From the NCBI GenBank assembly GCA_043814965.1, contig JBDRJN010000002.1, forward strand, positions 105,984-164,514: DNA of 58,531 nt, given 5' to 3'. The notes beneath the pieces were generated by a model. It worked only from the letters and a program-made list of their open reading frames with translations. It was not told the DNA's origin and did no database searches. The position numbers and the translations under genes were made by a program. Below are positions 1 through 9,056 of the stretch, piece by piece. The DNA is from Candidatus Omnitrophota bacterium. GTDB taxonomy: Bacteria > Omnitrophota > Gorgyraeia > Gorgyraeales > Gorgyraeaceae. Positions within the stretch are counted from its first letter, which is position 1, and every line of letters begins with the position of its first letter.

Positions 1-743
1 CACTGATCCACCATCTTACAAACTGGGTCACTATATATGACTGCGCTAATATAGTAAAAGTATTTGGCGCCTCGCCTGTCATGGCACATGCAAAGGAAGA
101 AGTGAGTGACATGGTAAAGCTAGCTTCATCGCTGGTGCTTAATATAGGCACTCTTACGCCTGATTTTATAGAGGCTATGATACTAGCTGGAAAAGGTGCA
201 AATAAAAAAGGTATACCTATAATACTAGATGTATGCGGCGCAGGAGCAACAAGCCTTAGGAATGGAAAATGTAAAAAACTGATCAAAGAATTAAAAATAG
301 GTATTATTAAAGGTAATGCCTCTGAGATAGCTAATATTGCAGGAGAGAACATACAGACAAAAGGGGTTGATTCTTCAAAAGTAGAAAAAGACTTGGTGGA
401 GTTAGCCAAAAGTCTTGCTAAAAAAGAAAAAAATGTAGTTGTTATAACTGGAGAAGAAGACATTGTATCTGACGGAGAAAACACATATATTATTAAGAAC
501 GGATGTGAGGTGATGAGCCATATTGTTGGTACAGGCTGCATGGCTGCGTCGGTTATAGGTACATTCGCTGCAGTAGAAAAGGATCTTGCGAAGGCAAGCG
601 TAGCAGGACTGGTATGTTATGAGATTGCTGCAGAACTTGCTTGTAAAGAAAGCTCTGGCCCAGGTACTTTTAAAGAAAAGTTATTTGATAATATTTTCAG
701 ATTAAATAAAGAAAATATCGAAAAGATGAAGAAAATATCATGA
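1..743 (+). CDS. thiM: hydroxyethylthiazole kinase, 5' end cut by window edge
   Basis: The track ORF 81..743 starts at an internal Met. The same frame stays open back to nt 3 (LIHHLTNWVTIYDCANIVKVFGASPVMAH), which matches the conserved ThiM N-terminal region. Downstream motifs ITGEEDIV and VGTGC are present. Confidence 0.85.
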   Translation, partial: LIHHLTNWVTIYDCANIVKVFGASPVMAHAKEEVSDMVKLASSLVLNIGTLTPDFIEAMILAGKGANKKGIPIILDVCGAGATSLRNGKCKKLIKELKIGIIKGNASEIANIAGENIQTKGVDSSKVEKDLVELAKSLAKKEKNVVVITGEEDIVSDGENTYIIKNGCEVMSHIVGTGCMAASVIGTFAAVEKDLAKASVAGLVCYEIAAELACKESSGPGTFKEKLFDNIFRLNKENIEKMKKIS

Positions 744-1348
744 TAAAAGGTTATTATTTTATTACTGATAGAAAACTCAGTAAAAATGGCAATGAGAGTG
801 ATGGAAAAAAGGCTATAGAGGCAGGGGTAAGCATAGTTCAATACAGGAACAAAGTGAGCTCCTTTAGTGATTTTTGCCAGGAAGCGAGGTTGCTTAAAAA
901 GATGTGCGACGGCAAGGCCTTATTTATTGTAAACGACCGGGTTGATGCTGCGCTATCTATAGGAGCAGACGGAGTACATATAGGACAGGATGATGCTTCC
1001 TACGAAAAGGCAAGAGAGCTCTTAGGAGACAGAAAGATCATAGGAGTTACCGTGCATAATATAGAAGAGGCTGTGCTTTATGAGAAGAAAGGGTCTGATT
1101 ATCTGGGGGTAAGCCCTATATTTTCTACAAATACTAAAGAAGATGCTGGAAAACCAGCTGGTATAGATCTTATAAGAGAAGTAAAAAAAGCTTCAAAATT
1201 GCCTTTAGCAGCGATAGGAGGCATAGACCTGTCTAATGCAAAGGATGTTATTGATGCCGGGGCAGACGCGATATGCGCTATCTCAGCGGTTGTTACCAGA
1301 GATGATGTAAGAAGCGAGATAGAAAAATTCCAAGACCTATTTTATTAA
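740..1348 (+). CDS. thiE: thiamine-phosphate synthase
   Basis: Motifs GADGVHIGQDD, YLGVSPIFSTNTK and AIGGI. ATGA overlap with thiM. Confidence 0.9.
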   Translation: MIKGYYFITDRKLSKNGNESDGKKAIEAGVSIVQYRNKVSSFSDFCQEARLLKKMCDGKALFIVNDRVDAALSIGADGVHIGQDDASYEKARELLGDRKIIGVTVHNIEEAVLYEKKGSDYLGVSPIFSTNTKEDAGKPAGIDLIREVKKASKLPLAAIGGIDLSNAKDVIDAGADAICAISAVVTRDDVRSEIEKFQDLFY

Positions 1349-1354
1349 ACTCTC

Positions 1355-2083
1355 TTGACCTTGGATTTTATTTATAGTAGATTGAATAATGTGAATACAA
1401 AAAGGCTTACTTTTGTTGAACATTTAGAAGAATTGAGGACCAGGATGATCAAGTGCCTGATATTCTTAGCTATAGCCTCGTTCTCGGTTTATTTTTTTAG
1501 AGAGCATATTTTGGATCTAGCAGTAAGGCCGGTAGGAACGCTTGTTTTTATCTCTCCTCAGGAAGCATTCATAGCCAATCTAAAAATAGCGTTTTTTGGA
1601 GGATTGTTTTTATCATCCCCGTTCTTTATATACCAGATATGGCTATTTATATTGTATGGTATGGATAATGTCTTAAGAAGGCATATAGTTTTATTAGGAT
1701 TTGTATCTTTTGTCCTTTTTCTTGTAGGAAGTTTCTTCGGATATTTTTTGATAGTACCCATAGGCCTTAGATTTTTATTGAGTTTTGCGACAGATCATAT
1801 AGTTCCTATGATAAGTGTCGGGAAATATATATCTTTTGTAGGCCTATTGACGCTTGTCTTTGGCGTGGTCTTTGAACTGCCTCTCGCAATACTTTTTTTA
1901 GTGAAACTGAGGATAGTTACGCCAAAATTCCTTATTGAAAAAAGAAGATACGCTATTGTCATAATATTCATAGTATCCGCGATATTCACTCCGCCTGATG
2001 TAGTCACCCAGTGCCTTCTTGCGATACCCCTATTGGTCCTTTACGAACTAAGTATCTTACTTTCTAAGCTAGGTAAACAATAG
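1355..2083 (+). CDS. tatC: twin-arginine translocase subunit TatC (start uncertain: TTG 1355 or GTG 1391)
   Basis: VEHLEELRTRMIKCL signature followed by six hydrophobic segments. Confidence 0.85.
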   Translation: MTLDFIYSRLNNVNTKRLTFVEHLEELRTRMIKCLIFLAIASFSVYFFREHILDLAVRPVGTLVFISPQEAFIANLKIAFFGGLFLSSPFFIYQIWLFILYGMDNVLRRHIVLLGFVSFVLFLVGSFFGYFLIVPIGLRFLLSFATDHIVPMISVGKYISFVGLLTLVFGVVFELPLAILFLVKLRIVTPKFLIEKRRYAIVIIFIVSAIFTPPDVVTQCLLAIPLLVLYELSILLSKLGKQ

Positions 2084-2306
2084 CAAGGCTTTCCTGTAAG
2101 CGAATTGAAATTTTAGTCTTTTATTTATGTATTTTAGCTTTTTAAATACAGGCTAAAAACTGTTTGAGGCTATATATAGAGGATAGGCCGAGTTTTTTTA
2201 GCCAGATATAAAATACTTCTTTTAAAGATGATCCCGAGCAACACTCTTATGATACTATGTTGCGAGGGAAAAATTTCACTGAGCTTGTAGGGAAGACTTG
2301 CTATGG
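2081..2306. mobile_element. palindromic MITE-like element, family 1, copy a
   Basis: Termini tagcaaggctttcctgtaagc / gcttgtagggaagacttgcta are imperfect inverted repeats. The interior aligns closely by eye with 28471..28735. The tatC stop codon TAG is the first 3 nt of the element. Confidence 0.7.
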
Positions 2307-2341
2307 TTACAAAGGCTAGTAAAATATTTTTAAAAAAATAC

Positions 2342-2370
2342 TTGACAAATAGAATTAATGATACTAGAAT
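2342..2370 (+). promoter_or_regulatory. sigma70-type promoter, TTGACA-17 nt-TAGAAT
   Basis: TTGACA at 2342..2347 and TAGAAT at 2365..2370. It lies upstream of SD AAGGAGGA (2381..2388) and the TTG start at 2397. Confidence 0.6.
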
Positions 2371-2379
2371 AGTATCATT
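2357..2379. promoter_or_regulatory. perfect 10-3-10 inverted repeat overlapping the -10 box; candidate Rrf2 autoregulatory operator
   Basis: aatgatacta-gaa-tagtatcatt read directly from the sequence; it overlaps the -10 hexamer. Confidence 0.55.
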
Positions 2380-2396
2380 AAAGGAGGATCAACGCA

Positions 2397-2804
2397 TTGA
2401 AGTTCATAGTAAGAGATACTGATTATGCTGTAAGGGCGCTGGTATATATGGCAAAGGCCCTTAAAAAAGACAAGAAAAATATAGTCACTGTATATAATAT
2501 TGTAAGGGAAGAGGGCCTACCCGAGAGGTTTTTAAGGAGGATACTGCAGAAGCTTGCCAAAAAAAAGATACTAACTTCTTTTAAGGGTAAGGAGGGAGGT
2601 TTTTCTTTACTAAAGGCCCCAGAGGAAATAAAGCTGACTGATATAATAAATGTATTTCAGGGTAAACTCGACCTCACGAACTGTTTCCTTAAAAGCAGTA
2701 TCTGTCCTAATACTAAAAAGTGTATATTGAAAAAGAAATTAACTCAAGTCACAAGTATTATCAATAGTGAATTGGAGAATATAACCATAGGATCTTTATT
2801 ATAA
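2397..2804 (+). CDS. Rrf2-family transcriptional regulator with C-terminal Cys cluster
   Basis: N-terminal DTDYAVRALVYMA wHTH signature. CFLKSSICPNTKKC gives three Cys in the position of the Rrf2 Fe-S ligands. Confidence 0.85.
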   Translation: MKFIVRDTDYAVRALVYMAKALKKDKKNIVTVYNIVREEGLPERFLRRILQKLAKKKILTSFKGKEGGFSLLKAPEEIKLTDIINVFQGKLDLTNCFLKSSICPNTKKCILKKKLTQVTSIINSELENITIGSLL

Positions 2805-2816
2805 AGGAGTGGAGTT

Positions 2817-3527
2817 ATGACAAAGAGAAAGATCGTAAATATTGATGAAGACAAGTGTACTGGATGCGGCGAATGTATACCTAACTGCGCAGAAGGCGCT
2901 CTTCAGATAATAGACGGCAAAGCAAGGCTTGTAAAAGATATCTATTGTGATGGGCTCGGGGCATGCCTTGGCCATTGCCCGGAAGGAGCTATTACTATAG
3001 AGGAAAGAGACGCAAGGGTATTCGATGAAGAGGCAACAAAAAGACATCTGGAGGAGTTAAGTAAGAAGAAAAAAGAAAAACTTCCCTGCGGGTGTCCTGG
3101 CACAATGGTAAGGGAATTCAAAAAAGAAGCTAGCAAAAAAGAAGAAAATACCGCTAAGTCCGACTCAGAACTTTCTAACTGGCCTATACAGATGATGCTT
3201 GTGCCTGTAGAGGCTCCTTATTTAAAAGGAGCGGATCTCCTCATAGCTGCTGATTGCTGTAGTTTTTCATATCCGGATTTTCATAAGGATTTTTTAAAAG
3301 GAAGAGTGCTTCTAATAGGATGCCCAAAGCTTGATGCAGCTACTCTATACGAAGAAAAACTCGCCGAGATATTTAAAGTAAATAATATAAGATCCGTCAC
3401 AGTGCTTCACATGGAAGTGCCGTGCTGTTTTGGAATGGTGCAGATAGTAAAGGAAGCGCTTAGGGTCTCAGGTAAGGATATATTTTATAAAGAAGTTACT
3501 GTTGGTATAAAAGGAGACCTTAAATAA
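2817..3527 (+). CDS. 4Fe-4S dicluster domain protein with extra Cys-rich C-terminal half
   Basis: CTGCGECIPNC and CDGLGACLGHCP ferredoxin motifs. Additional CGCPG, ADCCSF, GCPK and VPCCFG motifs. Confidence 0.8.
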   Translation: MTKRKIVNIDEDKCTGCGECIPNCAEGALQIIDGKARLVKDIYCDGLGACLGHCPEGAITIEERDARVFDEEATKRHLEELSKKKKEKLPCGCPGTMVREFKKEASKKEENTAKSDSELSNWPIQMMLVPVEAPYLKGADLLIAADCCSFSYPDFHKDFLKGRVLLIGCPKLDAATLYEEKLAEIFKVNNIRSVTVLHMEVPCCFGMVQIVKEALRVSGKDIFYKEVTVGIKGDLK

Positions 3528-3534
3528 TGTTGTT

Positions 3535-3626
3535 CAGTGGGTGGCCGGCGATTGGGGGCCCCGCAAGCGCGCATCCGCCTCAGGCGAAGAGCACTTGTGG
3601 GGTGAATCGACGGACAGGACCCACTG
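3535..3626 (+). promoter_or_regulatory. GC-rich structured element (candidate cis-regulatory RNA or singleton palindromic element), class unassigned
   Basis: An 8-bp closing helix cagtgggt (3535..3542) / acccactg (3619..3626) encloses a strongly GC-rich core in an AT-rich genome. An internal ccccgc/gtgggg helix is possible. The 3' arm abuts SD AAGGAGA (3628..3634). Confidence 0.4.
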
Positions 3627-3640
3627 AAAGGAGACCATGA

Positions 3641-3898
3641 ATGGCTTTTTTTGATGGTTGTCCAGGCTCAAAGAGGATAAAAGAGCCTTTTCCAGAGAAC
3701 ATAAAATGCATCTGCGGAAAAGAGATAGAGATATGGTCTGATGAGGCCGAGGCTGTCTGTCCTAGCTGTAAGAGGAGAGCCAATAGGCATATGCCTCAGA
3801 GTTGTCTTGACTGGTGCAGCATGGCAAAGGATTGTATAGGCCCAGAAAAGTACAAAAAATATAAAAATAGCAGTTCAAAGAAAGGAAAGGGGAAATAA
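3641..3898 (+). CDS. small Cys-rich (zinc-ribbon-like) protein, function unknown
   Basis: 85 aa with CxC, CPSC and further Cys pairs. Good SD; the stop is 1 nt before the hcp start. Confidence 0.6.
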   Translation: MAFFDGCPGSKRIKEPFPENIKCICGKEIEIWSDEAEAVCPSCKRRANRHMPQSCLDWCSMAKDCIGPEKYKKYKNSSSKKGKGK

Positions 3899-3899
3899 T

Positions 3900-5198
3900 A
3901 TGTTTTGTTATCAATGCGAACAGACTGTAAGCGGCACTGGCTGTACAAAAATAGGTGTATGCGGCAAGAACGAGGATATACAAAGTCTTCAGGACACACT
4001 TCTTTATGGACTCAAAGGCATAGCAGCATATGCATTTCATGCAAGAGAACTAGGCGCAAAGGATGAAGAAGTCGATGCATTTATGCATGAGGCATTGTTC
4101 AAGACAGTAACAAATGTAAGTTTTGATCTAGATCAGTACCTTGGATTAGTTTTAAAGTGCGGAGAGATGAATCTCAAGGTTATGAAGCTCCTGGACAAGG
4201 CGCATACTGATAGGTTTGGAAATCCTGCGCCTACAGAAGTCGATACTGGCACAAAGAAAGGATATGGGATACTCGTAACAGGACATGATCTCCTGGACCT
4301 ATATGAACTTTTAAAACAGACTGAAAATACAGGTATAAATATATACACACATAGCGAGATGCTTCCAGCGCACGCTTACCCGGAACTAAAAAAATTCAAA
4401 CATCTAGCAGGGAACTTTGGAGGCGCGTGGCAGGACCAGAAAAAAGAATTTAAAGAATTTCCTGGAGCAATACTTGCGACAACTAATTGCGTGCTTACTC
4501 CTCCTGAGGGAAGCTACTTAGATAGGCTGTTTACTGTAGGGATTACAGGTGTTACTGGCGCAACGCATATAAAGGGAAGGGATTTTTCTCCTTTAATAAA
4601 AAAGGCAAAGTCACTGCCTGCATTAGTAGATATGCCTGGCAAAAAGATCATGACAGGATTTCACCATACTGCGGTATTAGGTTTGGCTGACAAGATCATA
4701 GATGCAGTTAAATCAGGCAAGATCAAGCACTTCTTCTTAATAGGCGGTTGTGATGGAGCGAAGCCAGGAAGGAATTATTATACTGATTTTGCAGAAAGCG
4801 TCCCTAAAGACTCTGTGATCCTGACACTTGCCTGCGGAAAATACAGGTTCAATAAACTTGATTTTGGAAATATAGGCGGGATACCGCGCCTTTTAGATAT
4901 AGGCCAGTGTAATAATGCGTATTCAGCGATACAGATCGCAGCGGCTTTGGCCAAGGCGTTCAATACAGATGTAAATGGCCTGCCTTTAACATTAATACTA
5001 TCTTGGTTCGAACAGAAAGCAGTTGCAATACTCTTAACTTTATTATATCTTAATATAAAGGGCATGTATATAGGCCCTACTCCGCCTGCTTTTATATCCA
5101 AGAACGTATTTAAAGTATTGCAGGATAAATTTGACCTTAGGCTTATTGGAGAACCTAAAAAAGATTTGGAAGACATACTAAAACCTAGTATTGCATAG
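3900..5198 (+). CDS. hcp: hybrid cluster protein (hydroxylamine reductase), short form
   Basis: N-terminal [19 protein letters not shown] motif. At 432 aa it is shorter than the ~550-aa enterobacterial form. Confidence 0.9.
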   Translation: MFCYQCEQTVSGTGCTKIGVCGKNEDIQSLQDTLLYGLKGIAAYAFHARELGAKDEEVDAFMHEALFKTVTNVSFDLDQYLGLVLKCGEMNLKVMKLLDKAHTDRFGNPAPTEVDTGTKKGYGILVTGHDLLDLYELLKQTENTGINIYTHSEMLPAHAYPELKKFKHLAGNFGGAWQDQKKEFKEFPGAILATTNCVLTPPEGSYLDRLFTVGITGVTGATHIKGRDFSPLIKKAKSLPALVDMPGKKIMTGFHHTAVLGLADKIIDAVKSGKIKHFFLIGGCDGAKPGRNYYTDFAESVPKDSVILTLACGKYRFNKLDFGNIGGIPRLLDIGQCNNAYSAIQIAAALAKAFNTDVNGLPLTLILSWFEQKAVAILLTLLYLNIKGMYIGPTPPAFISKNVFKVLQDKFDLRLIGEPKKDLEDILKPSIA

Positions 5199-5206
5199 GA
5201 TCGATC

Positions 5207-5899
5207 ATGGACCTAAATATTTTACACAATATCGGTTACGGGATGTATATCGTCAGTTCCTTTAATGGCGATAAGATAAATGGCCAGATAGTGAATACGC
5301 TTTTTCAGATCACCAGTTCTCCTATAACAATAGGGGTTTCTATTAATAAGGAAAACCTGACGCATGGATATATATCTAATAGCTCCAGGTTCAGCGCCTC
5401 TATATTGACCGAAGATACACCTCTTAGTTTTATAGGTGATTTTGGTTTTAAGTCGGGTAGGGACGCGGATAAGTTCAAAGGGATAGGTTACAAGAAACTT
5501 TCATCAGGGTGTCCTGTTGTGACTGACCATAGCGTGGGCTATATCGAGGCAAAGGTGATAAATAAGATGGATTGTTTTACTCATACATTATTTATCGGTG
5601 AGCTGGTAGAATCTTCTGTTATCAAGACCGCAAGGCCCATGACATATGATTATTATCATCAGGTCAAGCGCGGCACAACCCCTAAGAATGCGCCTACATA
5701 TATCAGGGAAGAGGGGGCTCCGGTAAAAGACGAGAAGATGTCTAAGTATAGGTGTACAGTGTGCGGTTATATATATGACCCGGCTATAGGAGATCCTGAT
5801 AGCGGTATCCAGCCTGGCACTGCATTTAGTGATATACCAGAAGACTGGAAGTGCCCTATATGCGGTGTAAAAAAGGATAAATTCGTAAAAGAAGGCTAG
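5207..5899 (+). CDS. flavin reductase-like domain fused to C-terminal rubredoxin (Hrb-like)
   Basis: N-terminal FMN-binding split-barrel-like region. C-terminal [26 protein letters not shown] carries the rubredoxin CxxC pairs. Confidence 0.8.
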   Translation: MDLNILHNIGYGMYIVSSFNGDKINGQIVNTLFQITSSPITIGVSINKENLTHGYISNSSRFSASILTEDTPLSFIGDFGFKSGRDADKFKGIGYKKLSSGCPVVTDHSVGYIEAKVINKMDCFTHTLFIGELVESSVIKTARPMTYDYYHQVKRGTTPKNAPTYIREEGAPVKDEKMSKYRCTVCGYIYDPAIGDPDSGIQPGTAFSDIPEDWKCPICGVKKDKFVKEG

Positions 5900-5903
5900 T
5901 GTC

Positions 5904-7070
5904 ATGAAAAAACAAGAGATAAAAAAAGGAATATATTGGGTTGGCGCTATTGATTGGGGGCTAAAGGATTTCCATGGCTACCTTACTCAAAGAGGTTCCA
6001 CATATAACGCATACCTAATAATAGATGAAAAAATAGTTTTAGTCGATACTGTAAAGCACTATTTATTTGACGAGATGCTGGGTAGGATAAAAGATATAGT
6101 AGACCCTTCCAAGATAGATTATATAGTATCAAATCATACTGAGATGGATCACTCCGGAAGTATTCCTAAGATGATGGAGATAGCTAAAAATGCTGTTATA
6201 ATCTGCTCTCCAAACGGAGAAAAAGGCCTCAAGCGGCATTTTAAAAAAGATTGGCGATTCAAAGTAGTCAATACAGGAGATACTTTGAATATAGGTAAGA
6301 GAAATTTAAATTTTGTCCTTACGCAGATGGTACATTGGCCGGATTCCATGGTTACTTATATACCTGAAGAAAGCTTGCTTCTTTCTAATGACGCGTTTGG
6401 CCAGCATATTGCATCTAACGAACGATTTGATGATGAGCTTGACTGGAGCATAGTAGAAGAAGAGGCTAAAAAATATTATGCAAATATAGTACTTCCCTAT
6501 GGCATGCAGGTACAAAAGGCCCTTAGCGCTGTTTCGAGCTTAAAGATAGATATGATAGCTCCAAGCCATGGACTTATATGGAGAAAGAATATAGATAAGA
6601 TAGTCAATTTTTATAAGGACTGGTCCAGTAATACTTGTAAGAATAAGGCCCTGGTGGTGTATGATACTATGTGGGAGAGTACTAAAAAAATGGCAGATGT
6701 AATTAAAGAAGCATTCGAAGAAAACAAGATAGAATGTGTTGTAAGAGACCTAAGGCAATCTCATATATCAGATGTCATGGTAGATTTGATAGACTCAAAA
6801 TATATATGTATTGGTTCACCTACATTGAACAATGGATTATTGCCTACAGTAGCTGCTTTTATCGCATATATGAAGGGCCTTGCGCCTAAGGGTAGAATAG
6901 GCATTGCTTTTGGTTCCTATGGCTGGGGAGGCCAGAGCGTAGGTGAGATAGAAAATATCCTTGGTTTATGCGGCATGGAAGTGCCGTTAAAAAGCTTAAA
7001 GATACAATATGTTCCTGATCAAGTTGATCTGGATGAGCTCAAGAAAACTTTAAAAGTTATAATAACATAA
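5904..7070 (+). CDS. fprA: flavodiiron protein (A-type flavoprotein, O2/NO reductase)
   Basis: Metallo-beta-lactamase-like HTEMDHSG diiron motif plus a C-terminal flavodoxin-like domain. Confidence 0.88.
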   Translation: MKKQEIKKGIYWVGAIDWGLKDFHGYLTQRGSTYNAYLIIDEKIVLVDTVKHYLFDEMLGRIKDIVDPSKIDYIVSNHTEMDHSGSIPKMMEIAKNAVIICSPNGEKGLKRHFKKDWRFKVVNTGDTLNIGKRNLNFVLTQMVHWPDSMVTYIPEESLLLSNDAFGQHIASNERFDDELDWSIVEEEAKKYYANIVLPYGMQVQKALSAVSSLKIDMIAPSHGLIWRKNIDKIVNFYKDWSSNTCKNKALVVYDTMWESTKKMADVIKEAFEENKIECVVRDLRQSHISDVMVDLIDSKYICIGSPTLNNGLLPTVAAFIAYMKGLAPKGRIGIAFGSYGWGGQSVGEIENILGLCGMEVPLKSLKIQYVPDQVDLDELKKTLKVIIT

Positions 7071-7182
7071 TCTCTCGTCCGCCAATATTTATAGCGGACT
7101 CGGGATAAATTCGGCCTTATGACTTATGTTCGCTTACTCCGTTCGTTCCATAAGTCATGGCCTCATTTAAAGGAGGGAAAAC

Positions 7183-7758
7183 ATGGCTAGCATCAAAGGC
7201 ACCAAGACAGAGAAGAATCTTCTGGCTTCTTTTGCAGGAGAGTCACAGGCAAGGAACCGCTATACCTATTTTGCCGGTGTTGCAAAAAAGGCTGGATATG
7301 AACAGATCGCTGCTATTTTTTTAGAGACAGCAGAGAATGAAAAAGAGCATGCAAAAAGGTTTTTTAAACTCCTTGAAGGAGGAGAAGTAGAGATAACCGC
7401 AAGTTATCCTGCGGGAGTCGTAGGGGATACTGCTCAAAATCTTGAGGCATCTGCAAGTGGAGAGAACATGGAATGGACAGTGCTTTATAAAGATGCTGCT
7501 AAGATAGCTAGAAAAGAGGGTTTTGAAGAAGTAGCAGTGCAGTTTGAAGAGATAGCAGAAGTCGAAGAACAGCATGAAAAAAGATACAGAAAACTTCTAA
7601 AAAATCTTAAAGATGGAATGGTATTCAAGAAAGACAGAGTAGTTAAATGGAAATGCCGTAATTGCGGATATGCGCATGAAGGCAATGAAGCGCCTAAGAA
7701 ATGCCCTGCGTGTGCTCATCCTCAGAGTTATTACGAAATTATGTGCGAAAATTATTGA
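7183..7758 (+). CDS. rbr: rubrerythrin
   Basis: [23 protein letters not shown] ferritin-like domain with ExxH motifs. C-terminal CRNCG..CPAC rubredoxin-like domain. Confidence 0.92.
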   Translation: MASIKGTKTEKNLLASFAGESQARNRYTYFAGVAKKAGYEQIAAIFLETAENEKEHAKRFFKLLEGGEVEITASYPAGVVGDTAQNLEASASGENMEWTVLYKDAAKIARKEGFEEVAVQFEEIAEVEEQHEKRYRKLLKNLKDGMVFKKDRVVKWKCRNCGYAHEGNEAPKKCPACAHPQSYYEIMCENY

Positions 7759-7759
7759 T

Positions 7760-8326
7760 ATGATAAAAGTATTAGGCATAAATGGAAGCCCTAGGATAGG
7801 TGGAAACACTGATATCTTGATCGATAAGGCCCTGGAAGGCGCAAAGAACAGAGGCGCTAGCATAGAAAAGGTCATACTTAACGAACTTGAGATATTGCCT
7901 TGCCAGGAATGTGATATCATGAATGACGACGGCACTTGTCATGTCAGGGATAATATGACAGGTCTTTATGAAAAGATCAAGTCGTGCGATGTCTTGATAC
8001 TAGCAAGCCCTATATTTTTTGGAAGCCTTAGCGCACAGACCAAGACAATGATAGATAGGTTCCAGTGCCTATGGAGGGCAAAATATATCTTGGGAAAAGA
8101 TATAAGGTTTACGAGAAAAAAGGGATATTTTGTTTCTGTGGAAGGCAGTGATAGAGAAGATTTTTTTATCAATGCACGATCTATAGTAAAAAATCTTTTT
8201 GCGACCATCAGCGCATCTTATGATGGCGAGCTTTTTTGTCCCAAGGTAGATAGAAAAGCTGGTATTTTAGAACACGGGGATTATTTAGAAAAGGCTTTTA
8301 ACCTTGGCATTGATGCAGCCTCTTAA
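7760..8326 (+). CDS. NAD(P)H-dependent FMN reductase / iron-sulfur flavoprotein-like protein
   Basis: MIKVLGINGSPRIGGNT flavodoxin-fold N terminus and a CQEC..C cluster. The track start at 7670 overlaps rbr, so the ATG at 7760 in the same frame is preferred. Confidence 0.75.
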   Translation: MIKVLGINGSPRIGGNTDILIDKALEGAKNRGASIEKVILNELEILPCQECDIMNDDGTCHVRDNMTGLYEKIKSCDVLILASPIFFGSLSAQTKTMIDRFQCLWRAKYILGKDIRFTRKKGYFVSVEGSDREDFFINARSIVKNLFATISASYDGELFCPKVDRKAGILEHGDYLEKAFNLGIDAAS

Positions 8327-8346
8327 TACAAAAAAGGGGGAGTTAA

Positions 8347-8835
8347 ATGAATAATATATTTTCAGGAAGCGAAGTGATCGAGATGGGTATAAATATAGAA
8401 AAGAACGGCAGGGATTTCTATAACAAAGTCTCGAGCTCTTCCAAGAATAAAAAAGCAAAAGAGATATTCGATTTTTTAGCAAAAGAAGAAGAAAAACATA
8501 TTGAGAGGTTCGAGGTGCTTTTAAATGGTGTCGAGAAATATGAGCCACAGGGCGCGTATTCAGGGGATTATTTTTCTTATATCAAGGCGCTGTCAGATGA
8601 ACATGTATTTACCAAAAAAGATAAGGGCTCTAGCCTGGCTGAGACAGTCTCTAGTGATATACAGGCAATAGATATGGCTATAGGTTTTGAGAGAGACTCT
8701 ATATTGTTCTACCATGAGATGAAGAGGTTTACACTAGAAAAAGAAGCCGGTATCGTAGATAAGCTTTTGGATGAAGAGAGGGCTCATCTAACAAGATTGC
8801 TGGGGCTAAGGAGGGTATTATGGCAAAAAACGTAA
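8347..8835 (+). CDS. ferritin-like (rubrerythrin-family) diiron domain protein
   Basis: Two E..EExH-type helices (KEEEKHIERF, DEERAHLTRL). Confidence 0.65.
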   Translation: MNNIFSGSEVIEMGINIEKNGRDFYNKVSSSSKNKKAKEIFDFLAKEEEKHIERFEVLLNGVEKYEPQGAYSGDYFSYIKALSDEHVFTKKDKGSSLAETVSSDIQAIDMAIGFERDSILFYHEMKRFTLEKEAGIVDKLLDEERAHLTRLLGLRRVLWQKT

Positions 8836-9056
8836 AGATATATTCTACTTCTACATGTTCATATTGTGTTATGGCCAAGAAGTATTTAAAGGACAATAAC
8901 ATTGAATTTGAAAATATAGATGTTGGAAGCGATCCTCAGGCAGGACAAGAGATGATGGAGAAATCAGGCCAGATGGGAGTTCCTGTCCTTGATATAGATG
9001 GCGAGATAGTTGTGGGATTTGATAAGACAAGGATAGCCAGCCTTTTAGGTATATGA
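8820..9056 (+). CDS. glutaredoxin-like protein
   Basis: 78 aa; CSYC active site after beta1; GVPVL motif. Confidence 0.85.
   Translation: MAKNVKIYSTSTCSYCVMAKKYLKDNNIEFENIDVGSDPQAGQEMMEKSGQMGVPVLDIDGEIVVGFDKTRIASLLGI

Noticed and set aside
3535-3626. Calling the GC-rich element a cobalamin riboswitch
   Set aside because: Only a partial resemblance exists in the 3' half. There is no GGGAA/B12-box context in the 5' half, the length is short, and the downstream genes (Cys-rich peptide, hcp) are not B12-related. The class is left unassigned.
7670-7759. Track start at 7670 for the FMN reductase-like gene
   Set aside because: That start would overlap rubrerythrin by 89 nt. The conserved flavodoxin-fold N terminus MIKVLGINGSPR begins at ATG 7760 in the same frame.
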